Assembly (NCBI GenBank): GCA_951406725.2
Contig: OX597817.1
Location: forward strand, 80,600,001-80,664,000
From: Octopus vulgaris
Lineage: Eukaryota
DNA: 64,000 nt
Reading direction: 5' to 3'
Shown: positions 1 to 14,415 of the stretch, in pieces
Layout of the letters: each line of letters opens with the position of its first letter
How positions within the stretch are numbered: the stretch's first letter is position 1
Made by a program: the position numbers and the translations under genes
Notes under the pieces: model-generated
Database searches by the model: none
The model's input: only the letters and a program-made list of their open reading frames with translations
What the model was told of the DNA's origin: nothing

Positions 1-50
<50 letters not shown>

Positions 51-53
<3 letters not shown>

Positions 54-226
54 CGAGCTATCAGAGACATTAGCGCGCCGGGCGAAATGCTTAGCGGTTA
101 CGTTCTGAGTTCAAATTCACTGAGGTCGACTTTGCATTTCATCCTTTCGGTGTGAATAAATAAAGACTTAATCCCTTTGTCTGTCTTTGTTTGTCCCATC
201 TATGTTTAGCCGCTTGTAGGCAAAAA

Positions 227-229
<3 letters not shown>
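51..229 (+). mobile_element. SINE family A copy (tRNA-like head plus conserved GCCTTTCATCCTTTCGGGGTCGATAAA-type core)
   Basis: GGCGAGCT..TTAGC head, GTTCAAATT B-box-like motif and GAGGTCGACTTTGC.TTTCATCCTTTCGG core; matches the copies at 17984, 28150 and 59799. Confidence 0.8.
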
Positions 230-261
<32 letters not shown>

Positions 262-1261
262 TATAGGGTGAGCCACAATGATAGGACACATTTTAAATGC
301 CAGTAATTTTCATTGTTTATAGGAGTTCTCAGCATGACTTAACCTGGAAATTTGCAGCATATCTAATTACATTAGACAATTAGAAAGAGAGATGTTACAC
401 TGAAATTAAAGATAAAGTTAATTACTGTCTAGGGAAGGTTCATGGAATGTTTCCAACTTTTTCTTTATAAAACGCTGTGAGTTTAAGAATTGAGAAAGAG
501 TGAAAGCGTTCATAATGCTTACGTATAATGTAACCTTTTTTCCTACTCGTAAAAAGAAAAAAATCAAAGTTTACTGATTAAAGAAAATTTTGAAACGTTA
601 CATTTCCCTGATGAATTTTTGTTGGAACAAAACAATTCTGTAGATTACGACTGCCCTCTAATTAAATCATATTTTCAATAATGCATGTAAATACAATTTC
701 CTATGAAATTAAATTGTAATTTCGTCTAATTGCCACTACGTACATTTTTTCCTACTTGCTGACTCAGGAGGAAGTTACAATGCATATGTCTCTCGCTGGC
801 TGTTCGAGACAGGTGAAACTGATGACAATAATGTTTCTCTTAACACATTAAAAATTAATACTTGGAGTAACGACATAACAGAGAAAGAGGGAGAGGGGGG
901 AAACAGAGAGAGCGGGACAGAGAGAGAGACAGAAAAAGAGGAATAGAGAGAGCGGGAGAGAGGGTGCAGAGAGACAGAGAGAAAGGGGTAGACAGGGAGA
1001 GAATACTAGTGGGTGGTTGTTCTGAGGAAGAAGGATTGGACTTAGTAGTTAATACAGGAGGCAAGGATTGAACACAAAAGCGGTGACAATAAAGTACGCA
1101 GTCACCATCCGTTGTTGCAGAGTTAGAAAAGGCAGAACAGATACAAAAAGGAAACATTGTGTTTATGGGCCCTAATTTGGAGAATATTTGTGAATACTTT
1201 TATGCTAATTAGTCAAATAATATGTGCAACAGCTAGAGACCCCCAGATGACAGATCAATAC

Positions 1262-1307
<46 letters not shown>

Positions 1308-1604
1308 TAAGAGCAACTCGGGTCATGATGATAGACATCCGGTTTGTAAAAGCAAACATCGGCTTTTACAAACTCGAGGTGACAACACCGCTAGTACTCG
1401 TCTTCGTCTGAGTGGAACGTAGTACATTGACAAAGGTCATATGAAGCAGAAAAGTCCACGAACTAAGCACATGGCAATACGATCATCGGTTAATATCCTA
1501 ATAAAAAGGTGATAGCTTTCACACAGGCATACACTTACACACCTAAACGTTTATATATATAAACATGATACAAATATACATTTGTATTATATAATATTTA
1601 CGAT

Positions 1605-2040
1605 ATGCGCAAGCGTGACTGAGTGCTGAATTTTCTTCCCAATTACATAGTCCTGGGTTCAGTCACTGCCCAAGTATATTCTACTATATCCTCGGACTAA
1701 TCAAAGCCTTGCGAGTGGGATTGATAGACGGGAACTCAAAGAAACACGTCATATGCGTGTGTGCATGTGTGTGCAAGTGTGTGTATATATGTGTGTATAG
1801 GTGTGTGCGTGTGTGTGTGGTCTTTGCGGTTGAGTTTGGCCTCCCACCATCGCTTGACGACTGGTATTGGTTTACGCCCACGTTACATACCGGTTCGGCA
1901 AAAACGGACCGTTGAAATAAGTAACAGGCCATAAATTTAATAAGTACTGGGGTCCATTTCCTTAACTAACACACTTCAAAAGAATATGCCCCACCATGGC
2001 TGCAAATGAATAATTGAAATAATTAAAGGATAAAGGAAAA
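1605..2040 (+). mobile_element. SINE family B copy (degenerate) with internal (TG)n
   Basis: GGGTTCAGTC box, AAAGCCTTG.GAGTGG..GACGGGAAC and CCACCATCGCTTGAC..GGTTCGGCAAAA blocks shared with 58138-58543. Confidence 0.7.
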
Positions 2041-2150
2041 TGTAAATATATATATATCTATGTGGATGTGCGAGTGAGTGTGTGCGTGTATATATATATA
2101 TATATATGTATATATACACGCATTTATATATATATATACATACATAATAC

Positions 2151-2209
<59 letters not shown>

Positions 2210-2253
2210 TTGTATATACAAATTTGACCAAATATGTGCGTGTATGTGTATTC

Positions 2254-2284
<31 letters not shown>

Positions 2285-2489
2285 GTTATATACATACATA
2301 TGTGGGTAAATTGAAGTGAATGTGTGTGTGTGGGTGTGTGTGTGTGTGTGCAGTGCATATTAATCGTGGAAAAACAAAAAAAAAGCTACAAACGAGACGA
2401 TTAAAGAACAACGGGATTACATCTTACGGCTGGTTACTTCCGCAAAAAAGAGAGACCAATCTAACAGAAGAAACAAACATACACACGCA

Positions 2490-2529
<40 letters not shown>

Positions 2530-2924
2530 ATGGCTTAAATAGGTAAGTTCGATAACAAATAAAACAGACATGCGGAGCGATAAAATACAACGACTCCCGT
2601 TAAGCAATAATAATAGTAATAAAAATGATGGCTTGGATGCGATTCCTTATAATCTCCTTCTAGCTAAGCTTGTATGGATGGATAAAGTAATCTGGAACCA
2701 AAAGAATGTTAAAAAGCTGACTAGTAGTTCTAAAGTATTATGCAGACATTAGCGATTTGTGGTGATGGGAATCAATTTTGAAGTTTGGTTGAGAGAAGCA
2801 GTGGAAGTACCTATCAAAAGATGACAGTTGGGTGACATTCTTAAGGAATGTAGAGATGCATTAATTTTCGTTATGATGCGACATAGAGGAGAAAGAAGAT
2901 ATTAAAGAAATTATATAAGAGCGT

Positions 2925-3400
<476 letters not shown>

Positions 3401-3979
3401 ACAGGCGACTAGCTTGATAGTTAGATACGTTTCTTTATTGGCCACACGGGGTTGAACACAGAGGGGACAAAATACAAAGTAGAGCGGGAGTAGTAGAATT
3501 TCGATCAAAAGGGATAGCGGAAAGAAAGGGAAGACAAATTGATGGATACATACGTACATACATAGACACATACTTACATAGATACATACATACTTACATA
3601 CGTACATACATATGCATACATACTCAGACACTCAAACGCACAGGTGAGGAGGTAGGTACGAAGACAGGTAGATATGCTGGTAGTAAGGCAGGTAGGAAAG
3701 TAGGGGTGTGGTTAGGCAGGCAGGTATGTATGCACATAGACTGACGAACAGAAACACACATGGACGGGTAGACAGAGAGAAACACAGCAAGACCGATATA
3801 TGTCTGTCTATCTATGTATCTATCTGTCCGTCCGTCAGTCTGCCTGTACTTCTGCCCGCGGGTCTACGTGTATATATATATATATAGGCGTATATGTGTA
3901 TGATTTATATGGTTGTACGTACAGAGACCCCACCACCACACACACACACATACACACACATACACACATACACATATTC

Positions 3980-4220
3980 TTTTTCTTTTATTTGTTTCAT
4001 GTGGCCATGCTAGAGCACCGCCATTAGTCGAGCAAATCAATCCTAGGACTTATTCTTTGTAAGCCGAGTACTTATTCTATCGGTTGCGTTTGCCGAACCG
4101 GTAAGTTACGTGGACATAAACGCACCAACATCGGTTGTCAAGCGATGGTGGGGGACAAACATAGTCACACAAATATACACACACACTCACACACACACAC
4201 ACATACACACACACACACAT

Positions 4221-4294
<74 letters not shown>

Positions 4295-4455
4295 GACGGG
4301 CTTCTTTCAGTTTCTGTCTATTATATCCACTCACAAAACTTTGTTCGGTCCGAGGCTATAGCAGAAGACACTTGCCCAAGTGGCCATGTAGTGGGACTGA
4401 AACCGGAGCCATGTGGTTGGGAAGCAAGCTTCTTACAACACAGCCATGCCTGCGC
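3980..4455 (-). mobile_element. SINE family B, full length, with internal (TA)n(TG)n
   Basis: Reverse complement of the family head GGCATGGCTGTGT..AAGAAGCTTGCTTCCCAACCACATGG and tail GGTGCTCTAGCATGGCCAC. Confidence 0.85.
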
Positions 4456-4521
4456 CTATTCTTAGCACACTCCCACGCCTATATATATATATATATATAT
4501 ATGGGTAGATGGATATACGTG

Positions 4522-4562
<41 letters not shown>

Positions 4563-4607
4563 TGTATGTATGTATATATATATATGTGTGTGTGTATGTG
4601 TGTGTAC

Positions 4608-4670
<63 letters not shown>

Positions 4671-5599
4671 GTATAGCAATATATATGTACACATACATAT
4701 ATATTTATATATGTATATGTGAGTGTGTGTGTGTCTGTGTGTATACGTCTATATTTTCACGTATAGATATAATTCTTTTTAGGAACGGTGAATCTCGAAT
4801 CGTATAACGCTGTAAATAATAGCGTATAAACATTAGGTTTAAAATCCTTTGGATAGAAAGCGTCGAAGGCCGTCAGTGTTAGTGTAAGATGCCCACGTTT
4901 TTACATTTTATTTCATTCGACAGAAAGTGACAAATGTGATTTAGAGGAACCGAGAGAAAAAAATAGAAATACTCAATACCTATATTTAAGTTGATAATAA
5001 TTAATTATTTCTTAGATAGACAGTAGATCTTAAATTTTAGAGGAGGCTTGATTGCCAAATCGGCTCTAGTTCTTGATAGGATAAAATCAAATGTTATCGA
5101 CTCTAGATAATTTTAAAAACCAAAGTGGGCTCAAATTAATTTGAACATCAGAACGTTAAAAGAAGTTACTAAATATCGCTTGGAAATTTACATTCCAAGC
5201 ATTGGGACACCCACAGTAACATCGCCGTGAAATCTCAGTTTTTAATTGGTCTTATCATGCTTTATCTATGTATTTGTAATATGCTTCTTTATGTGTGTGT
5301 GTTCATGATTTTGTGGTTAATATTGACGGATGTACGCCATTAACTTCATAATATGCAGTTTGTGTTATTTTTTTCCCTAAGACCCTGTTTTTTAAAAATC
5401 ATATTTGTTTATCTATTGAAAATATGTTACAAATTTCTTACATTTTTCCCACTGCAATATTTCTTTATTTTCCCACATTAAAGCAATGCATTAATTGCCT
5501 ATGGGCCTGAATTCCTTTCAAAGTAACTATGTCATCATTTTGCTGGCGCTCATTCCCCCACTCTGTATATACGTATTTTCTCCTACACCTGTCTCTACT

Positions 5600-5659
<60 letters not shown>

Positions 5660-5989
5660 AGTATAATCACTTCCTGTCTCTTTTTAATGACAAATCAATT
5701 GAATAAAAAATATAAATAACATACGTAATGATTTGTTTCTACAAGCCTCAAAATTTTTGCTGTGGTTGTTATTAGGCTTCTTCTTGTTAGTCGTATTATT
5801 GTTCTTGTTAGCGATTCTGTTGTTATTGCTTTTAGTTTCCTTATTATTGGATATGCGTTTATTCGTTTAAAGTACATAACTTTTTATGATAGTATGTCAT
5901 CCCTTAAAGATGCCTAAATAACCTCCCTACGGCATCATCTCAATATAAAATGTAGCTATGCAACATACGTACGTATATCCACACATACG

Positions 5990-6183
5990 AATGGTTATTG
6001 TGTGATAGGAAACTTGCTTCCCAACCACATAGTCCCCGGTTCAGTCCTACAACATGGCACCTCGGACAAGCGTCTTTTGCTATACCCTCGGGCCTACAAC
6101 AGCCTTGTGAACGGATTACGTAGACGGAAACTGAATAAAGGAGTTATATGTAATAACCATTATTTTAACTTGTCTCTCATATG

Positions 6184-6262
<79 letters not shown>

Positions 6263-6510
6263 CGTCGGCCGACCAATGCCTTGTGTGTGTGTGGAAACTT
6301 CGTATATTTGTGTGTCTGTGTTTGTCCCCCTAGCATTGCTTGACAACCGATGCTGGTGTGTTTATGTCCCCGTTACTTAGCAGTTCGGCAAAAGAGACCG
6401 ATAGAATAAGTATTGGGCTTACAAAAGAATAAGTCCCGGGGTCGAGTTGCTCGATTAAAGGCGGTGCTCCAGCATGGCCGCAGTCAAATGACTGAAACAA
6501 GTAAAAGAGA
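5990..6510 (+). mobile_element. SINE family B, full length, with internal (TA)n
   Basis: CTTGCTTCCCAACCACATAGTCCCCGGTTCAGTCC head and GGCGGTGCTCCAGCATGGCCGCAGTCAAATGACTGAAACAAGTAAAAGA tail. Confidence 0.85.
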
Positions 6511-6520
6511 AAACAGAAAA

Positions 6521-6567
<47 letters not shown>

Positions 6568-6571
<4 letters not shown>

Positions 6572-6985
6572 CGTGGTGGAAGCAAATATACACCCCATAA
6601 AACATCTTTTTATGTTTATTTTAATCTGTACAGGTTTATATTTTTCATTGACATGTTTATGTTTCAGGTTCTATATGTGACTGTTTTAATCGTGCCATGT
6701 ACAAAAGAAACTTAAGAGTCGTCTGAAATTCAAAGAGGCCGTATTGTGGGTCATTCTGAAGGTGGACATAGTCAGCGTAAAATCGCAGAAAATCTTAGAT
6801 TACCGCTTTCTACGGTGATTGTGATTGTGCAATTCACTAGAGAGAGAAGGAGTCCACTGCACCTCGCCCAGATCAACAAGGGCCTTCTGATAGGACCCTT
6901 TGCTTTGCTAAGAGAACTGTGGAGGATAATCCTCGTTGCAATGCCTCTGACATAGCAGAACAAGTTGATGTCAGTCCCAGTCAAG
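6568..6985 (+). mobile_element. Tc1-like transposon 5' fragment (decayed paired-HTH N-terminus)
   Basis: Starts TA|CAG after (TA)n. Translation [32 protein letters not shown] resembles the first HTH of Tc1-type transposases. Contains a stop and a frameshift; no DDE domain. Confidence 0.7.
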
Positions 6986-7126
6986 TTTGAAAATTGACCG
7001 TTATAATATATATCTTGTAAGCCTTAATTATAAACCGTTATTCATCAATATATTTTTTTAATGTATATTGCACATTGGCACATGTATATCTGCACCTACT
7101 TACTCACACGTATTCATTTGAATAGC

Positions 7127-7179
<53 letters not shown>

Positions 7180-7619
7180 TTATATTCATATATATATATA
7201 TTTATTCATTTATATATACATATACATATAAACAAATGCACATGATGCGTATATCAACACAACTTATATAGCTATAATTATATATATAGACTCTTTGTCA
7301 AGTTATATGATTTTAATAAATAAATACTAATAGAAAAGATAAGTTGTTAGGGTTACGTTTTGGGATGCTTAATGATTAGAATTGTTCAGTTAATACGTTA
7401 GAAAAGGAAAAAATATATGGGTATTTGTTATAATGTAGTAAATATGTTTGTAATTATTAATTATTAGCTATATAAATATGTAAATAGGAGATTATTCGAT
7501 TGTAAGAAGGAATAGCTTATTACGTAATATGAGGAGAAATAGATTATCTATATTTATGTATTATAGTCAATAGGTTACTAAAATACAGTAGGAAAGCTGA
7601 GTCAGAGCACTTGATCTGG

Positions 7620-8470
7620 GAGTCATAGTAATTCCTGATTTAGTTTAAGCTCCCTTTATTATTTGTGCTTCACTTTTACTTTCATGTCTCATATCCAGCC
7701 CATTTCAATTTTTAGATACTTTGATTTCGACAGCTTTCTCTCAGCTCCCTTCGGGCAACGTTTTTGTTAGAACGGAAGGCAATGTCTAACAGCGAGTTGG
7801 TATTATATTTCAAGGCCCAGATTATTTTATCTGGTTCTTTTCCTTTGATGTCTTTATCATTTTCACCTGCCACAATCCAGTTGGCTTTCACTGATTGTAG
7901 TCAAATACCGTATATGATGCAAGTTTCTACTATTACTTTTCACGTCGAATGGATAGTATATCTATACATCTGCATGTATTCGTAATTGAAGACTCCGCAG
8001 ATTCAGACAGTATGATCACATTCTGAACTGAACTGGTCGCATACTCATCATGTGATGTTAACATTCACTTTCACTACTTTACTTTGTGATTGTTTGTAAG
8101 TTGTCAGTGGTTTTGTACCGCTAGAACCAGGTCTGTATGAGCTTTCAACCATTTATAGATTTCGCTCTCGTCTAATTCCTCTCTGTTGAGGCTTGAGATT
8201 TCAGCCATGGTAAGTTTTTTTAGTCTAGTTTCCGCCAATAAAGTTTGTAATTCTATTTTCATTTGCCCTTTTTTTTCTTTTTTATTTTCGAATAACAAAA
8301 ATTTGCAATTGAAAGAAAGCCCGACAAATATATTTTAGTTTCCACCGATCAAGGGCAGTTATACGAGATTTATGTTTCATCTTCAAGACCGAGATAGGTC
8401 ATACAACTTCCAAAACTTTTATGGAGTAATATATGAGATGGTGGAACACAAGGTGTGATGGCAAATGCAT
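7620..8470 (-). pseudogene. Heavily decayed R4/Dong-type (RLE) non-LTR retrotransposon 3' part
   Basis: Minus-strand fragments TYLG (YKYLG-like), KWLK..TDLVLAVQNH (ETE..I.AAQ.Q-like) and LDIAFRSNKNV..EKLSKSKYLKIEMGWI (RLE IDIA.P.D..EK..KY..L..E-like), in the expected order. Confidence 0.55.
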
Positions 8471-9463
8471 TGTTAGTGATATTTGACATTGGTTTCCTCA
8501 TCAGTATGTGGCACAGTAGGAGCAGGTTGTGAGGGCAGAGTTGACCAAACTGATGTATTGCTAAGTGACCGTCTGCATGTACATGTAAAGCCTGATAGTT
8601 CATCACCCCACACAAGTCACAAGTATTCTACGGCTATACTCCATCATAGACATAGAACAAAGCGATATGATTATTGATACAGAGTATTGAGATTATTTGC
8701 TATTCATATAGCTGTAATATCCACTTGAGAGCTTTTCACTCTAAAGAACTGAATAAGCAGGTGAAGAGGAAAATTACACAAAGCAATATAGGCTACAACA
8801 ACGACAGCTATCCCCAAAACTGGAGGCTCTATAAAATTCCAGATTCTATAAAATTTCAAGGACACCCATAAAACGGTCTCACCTTTACTGACATCGCTGT
8901 AACTAGGTGGCTGACACCCAGAAAACACAGCCTCCTCCTCTCATCCGAAGAGCTATACGCCATCATCTTGGAATTATTGAGTGGATAGAGAAGCAAAAGA
9001 GATTTCAGACAGTGGCTGACGGCAAAAAGAAGTGCGAAAATGAAAGATGATCCTAACAAATAGTGTCAAAGACTCACGGGTTCCAGAAGGATCTGTTTAA
9101 GTATCTATAGGAAGACAATACAGACGATGTGCTAACTGAAGACAATCAGGTTTATAGTAATGGACTGCTCTGATCTAACTTTGAAAATAGTTTCTCACCA
9201 GTGACGAGATGTGTTACCTAATTTGCCCTTTACATACTTTTTAAAAATTTATCTCATTTTAATTCGTCTATAGTTTTATATAATCTTTTATTTTATTTCA
9301 TTTCGCTGTTTTAATTAATTTCAATTTTTAGTATAAGCCTTATATAATATTTCTACACCTTCCCTAGTTTGTATATAGCTGTCTTTTGTACAGCCACTCA
9401 CGGTTTTGTAACGCCCATATATGTTTTATGTGTATATAAGAACCCTTGAGGCTAACAAAGACT

Positions 9464-9530
<67 letters not shown>

Positions 9531-9579
9531 TGTTGTTGTTGTTGTTGCTGTTGTAGTTGTTGTTGTTGTTATTTTTTTT

Positions 9580-9640
<61 letters not shown>

Positions 9641-10484
9641 CTCACATCTTTCTAACGGATTCTGTGTAATCATTTTCTGAGAATGAAATATTGCATATTA
9701 GAATTTTCATTTCTGTTTCCGTGTTGGCTTCATTTTTATTTTCTTGTTTTTTTTTTAAAAAATAGAATTTTAAAAACGGATGTGAGAAAATCTTTATACT
9801 TTTAATCTTTTATTATTATCCTTAATGTTAATTTTTGTTGTTGTTGTTGTTGTTGTATCTACTTATTTGTACTTTAATGTCACATTCTCTCCCCTCCTTT
9901 CTACTTGTTTTTCTGTTATTTGATTTGATTTCTTCAAGTTTTTCCTTTAATAATCAAAAAATAACGTTTGGGTATTAACTTTGCATACCTTCATAACGGG
10001 TGCTTTTTTCTTTCTTTTCCGATTTTTTCCTTTTGTCTTTTTTTTTGCAATTGCAAGAAAGAATTTTAGTTTTTAATTCCAAACGTAAGCGATATAATTT
10101 CACGACGATAAATATTTATAAAATATTTAAAATATTTGTCTTTTCATTCAATACTGTTTTTTTTTTTTTATAATTTATATTTCAAATATTTTGAAAATTA
10201 TTTAAAAACTTTAGTAATTACATACAATTATATAAATCATTGAAAATACCAGCGAGTACAAAAAATATTTCATTTAGGCATCTTGATTTCGGTGATGACC
10301 AGAACATCAGCTCTAAATGCTGGCTGGTAACTCTGATTTAGTATATTACTGATGCTTTATGTCTGTGTTTCGCAACATTCTTACCCTTAAAATAAATTAC
10401 ATGTCGCAATATTACAATAACCAATATGTTGTGCAGGTATAGTAACATTACGATCATGAAATTAGCATTAGCTTATCTCACTCT

Positions 10485-10553
10485 TTCTCGCGGAACCCCT
10501 AGGAACCTTTTACGGAACCCTGGGGTTCCGTGGAATCCCGGTTGAGAAACTCT
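10485..10553 (+). mobile_element. hAT-MITE 3' end fragment
   Basis: CGCGGAACCCC..GGAACCCTGGGGTTCCG.GGAA.CCCGGTTGAGAAA matches the right end of the MITE at 58694-58911. Confidence 0.6.
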
Positions 10554-10909
10554 ACTTTATATAGTGAATTTGTGACTATAATCTGTGTATAAGTGATATA
10601 TGTTCAACTAGACATTACTCACAGTTATTCTAGGTTATATTACATATAATTCTCTGCAATAGTTCTAACATTTGGTTAAAAGATGTGATCTTTTGTATAA
10701 AACATATTACTGAAAGCGATTCTAGCCCCTTTTCACCAAGCTAAATGTAAAAGTTTACTAAATTTAATCATGAAAGCGATAAAAAGGATATTGAGATTTC
10801 GTATGAAACTGTTTCTATCTACATATACTGTATGTCTCCTCTCCATTACTCTTTCCACATACACAGAACATATATTGTTTACACACACACATATATATAT
10901 ATATATATA

Positions 10910-11107
10910 CTTTATTTAAAAGCAGCAGAACTTCAACAAAACTGTTACTCGGAGTTTCCCGTTCCCGTTCGTCCGACAAACGGGAACGTGAAACTCCGAG
11001 TAACAGGTCTTGTTGAATTTCTGCTGCTTTTAAATAAAGCATATTACTCTACCCCTGGTATTTGAGTACTCTTTTTCCACCTTGTTTCACATTTATGTGT
11101 TTACTCC

Positions 11108-11110
<3 letters not shown>
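10910..11110 (+). mobile_element. Penelope-like pLTR remnant with 5' inverted copy and HHR-like motif
   Basis: Arms 10910-10969 and 10979-11039 form a near-perfect palindrome. The minus strand at 10943-10978 reads TGT-CGGACGA-ACG(GGAA)CGG-GAAAC-TCCGA-GTA-ACA. Flanked by (TA)n on both sides. Confidence 0.6.
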
Positions 11111-11154
<44 letters not shown>

Positions 11155-11493
11155 TCAAATACGTTATATATATATATATACATACACGTATATAAGTATA
11201 TATACACGTATATAAGTATATATACAGGGATAGGAAAACATTGGTATACAGTTGTTTGACTCAAATATTTAATCAAAGTAACCAGAAACCATAAAAGAGA
11301 ACTTCCAATGGACCAGGCGTCTGCCGCATCTCCCATAGTCGATGTATGAATTGCTTAGGTTTAAAAAAAATGGAGAAACGAAAAGAACTCATATTAAGCA
11401 ACTATGTACCTACTTTTGCCCACGCTACGCTCTATGAACTTGCACAAAGTTTTATATATAAATATGCAAAGATACATATAGGTGTGTGTGTGC

Positions 11494-11575
<82 letters not shown>

Positions 11576-11879
11576 TTTACGCAGATATAAATATATGTAT
11601 GCATTTATGTGAGTTCGTTCTTATAAACTAAGCTGTCACTGAAAAAGTAAACTACTGAAAACTTCAAGAAGGAAAAATATGGATGTGTTTAATTACAGAA
11701 TTCTTCAGAGCATATCCTATTGTGATGCTATGTAATCTTGTTCACCCCCTCTTTGTACAGACAGTAAATTATTTATCTTTTTTTAATTTGCTTATCTGTT
11801 TGTTTGTCTTTGGTGTTGACAAGATTTAAGCTATCGCTGTCAGTTCTTTTTAATTATTTTTTTGTCATAGATTTGTTAA

Positions 11880-12300
11880 TCTCTCTATATATAAACGGCA
11901 GTTTGTCTGTCTGTGTGTCTGTCAGGTTGTACCCTCACCCTGACCACGGCTTTCAACCGATTCTCATGAAACTTGACACACACATAGCCCAATGTCATAA
12001 TTCAAAACTAACGCAGCGAAAATTTTGAAAAGTTCCCCCAGTTCTGAAAAAAATCGATAAATTCGACATGGATTCGAGAATCTAAGCTTTTTATATGCAA
12101 CACATTTTCTGTCTAGGGGACACAACTCGACAGCTAGGGACAGCTAGGAACATCGTATACACAGAAGTATTCGAGTGAAGAGAAGACATTGCAACCTACA
12201 CATGCGCCTTCGTTCCCTAGAGGGAAAGGACTGGATTGGGATTAGTCGTTGCCTACTAGGGGCTCTTACATACCCGGGCAACGCCGGGCTATGCTGCTAG
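11880..12300 (+). mobile_element. Non-autonomous Helitron (421 bp)
   Basis: 5' A|TC start (TCTCTCTATATATAAA), subterminal hairpin CCCGG-GCAACG-CCGGG at 12273-12288, 3' CTAG|T end, no TSD. Confidence 0.85.
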
Positions 12301-12735
12301 TCACTGATAAAAGGTATTTGTGGAAGTTAATATGACTCATAGGAAAGATTCCTTGTTTTGTACCAACGGTTTTATATACGCTGAAAGTTCATAATACATA
12401 TTTCCTCCTCGAAAGTCTTCCAGAAACTATACCTAAAGTTTCGAAATTGAATATCGCCAATGAGAGAAATAAAGGAGAATGATGAATGATATTCGTCAGA
12501 CGATTGTAAAGTTTTTGCATTTTATAATGTTATACTCTAAAAAGTATTTTTCACCTCTTGAAGGTTATAAAAACGTAATAACAATTATATATATATATAT
12601 ATATACATACACATATATACATACACATATATATACATACAAACACATACATATTTATATTCATATATAGATGCATACGGTAAAGCAATAATGCATACAG
12701 GCACACACGCACATGTGTGTATGTATGCATATCTG

Positions 12736-12783
<48 letters not shown>

Positions 12784-12822
12784 CATATATAAGCGCCTAT
12801 ATATAAGTATATATGTATGTAG

Positions 12823-12891
<69 letters not shown>

Positions 12892-12893
<2 letters not shown>

Positions 12894-13270
12894 TAATTAA
12901 ATCTCAGAATGAGATTGAAACAGTAATCGCTCGATAATGTAAAGTATAGAAGCCATCTTATCATGGCTAACCACATTGGGGAGAGGGTGTTACTGTAGCT
13001 TTATAGCCCCAAGAGATCTTCGTCTCTAGCTGGCTCTAGACTTTCATCGCTACCTGGTGGTTACCGCCCGTTGACGAGGGACAACAATCCCGAAACTTCC
13101 TCGTATCACTCAGGCTTGCGAGGAAGGGATGGCCTCCCTTTGCAAATACTCCAAGGACAGATATTGTGTCTAGAGCCAGCTAGAGACGAAGATCTCTTGG
13201 GGCTATAAAGCTACAGTAACACCCCCTCCCCAATGTGGTTAGCCATGATAAGATGGCTTCTATACTTTAC

Positions 13271-13273
<3 letters not shown>
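12892..13273 (+). mobile_element. Penelope-like pLTR remnant with ~105-bp inverted repeat and non-canonical HHR-like motif
   Basis: 12936-13041 is the reverse complement of 13168-13273. Between them is TTGACGA-GGGA(CAACAA)TCCC-GAAA-CTTCCTCG..CGAGGAAG. Embedded in (TA)n. Confidence 0.55.
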
Positions 13274-13323
<50 letters not shown>

Positions 13324-13329
13324 AAGTAT

Positions 13330-13375
<46 letters not shown>

Positions 13376-13411
13376 GTATGTATGTATACAGGTATATGTG
13401 TGTGTGTGTGC

Positions 13412-13442
<31 letters not shown>

Positions 13443-13714
13443 TGTATATAAGGAGTGAGGGAATGTGACTGAACTAGAAAAAGTGAAAGTAAGCGAAAAG
13501 TTATTTAAACAGAAAAAATATTTGACGGTCCGCCTGATTTGTTTCTTTTGTTTTTGTCAGTTTATGGACCGCAGGTTATAGGTACACTTCACAAAATACA
13601 CGTTGCTCAGCTTGTTTTCTGTACATTAATTGTAACATTAGATCTTAAAACAATGCCTTGGTGCTTTGTTGATGGAGCTTTTATGAAGTTAAGCAGCTAG
13701 TTATTATTATCATC

Positions 13715-13925
13715 GTTCAGACGGTGTACTCGCAGAATAATTTGTACACCGGACAAAACCTTTAACAGCATTTCTTACGGCTTCTGAGTTCAAAATACCA
13801 CTGAGGACGACTCTGCCCTTCATCCTTTCGGGATCGATAAAATAGCGTACCAGTCTGTACCGGAGTCGTTGTAATCGATTCAATATCTCCTCCAAAATAT
13901 CAGGCATTGTGCCTATATTAGAAAT
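13715..13925 (+). mobile_element. SINE family A copy
   Basis: TTCTGAGTTCAAAA..GCCTTCATCCTTTCGGGATCGATAAAA core followed by an (ATT)n tail. Confidence 0.7.
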
Positions 13926-13926
13926 A

Positions 13927-14013
<87 letters not shown>

Positions 14014-14345
14014 CATTATTATTATTATCATTATTATTATTATCATTATTATCATCATTATTATTATTGTTGTCGCCACAGCTTGTGGTGTGTTTTGGAG
14101 CGCTGTAAGTTTATGACTAATTGACTTGTTTAAAAGGTTCTATACTGTATGTTGTTGTTTAAATCGTTTTGCAAGCCAGCTGCCCTTCTTTTAACCAAAG
14201 CCCCATTTTAGGGATGATACAAACCTTTTTGTTTTCAAATTTCTTCGAAAATTTGCTTTGCAGAAAGTAAACATTGAAGATGACGACGAAAAGCGGGAGG
14301 GAGGAAGGTAGCAGCAGCAGCAGCAGCGGCAGCAGTAGTAGTAGC

Positions 14346-14415
<70 letters not shown>

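Noticed and set aside
815-840. CTGATGA core match
   Set aside because: No stem II or downstream GAAA.
10271-10319. Minus-strand CATTTAG-AG-CTGATGT..GAAATCAAGATG-C-CTAAATG HHR-like motif
   Set aside because: A9 is lost, position 17 is G and stem II is displaced; too degenerate to call.
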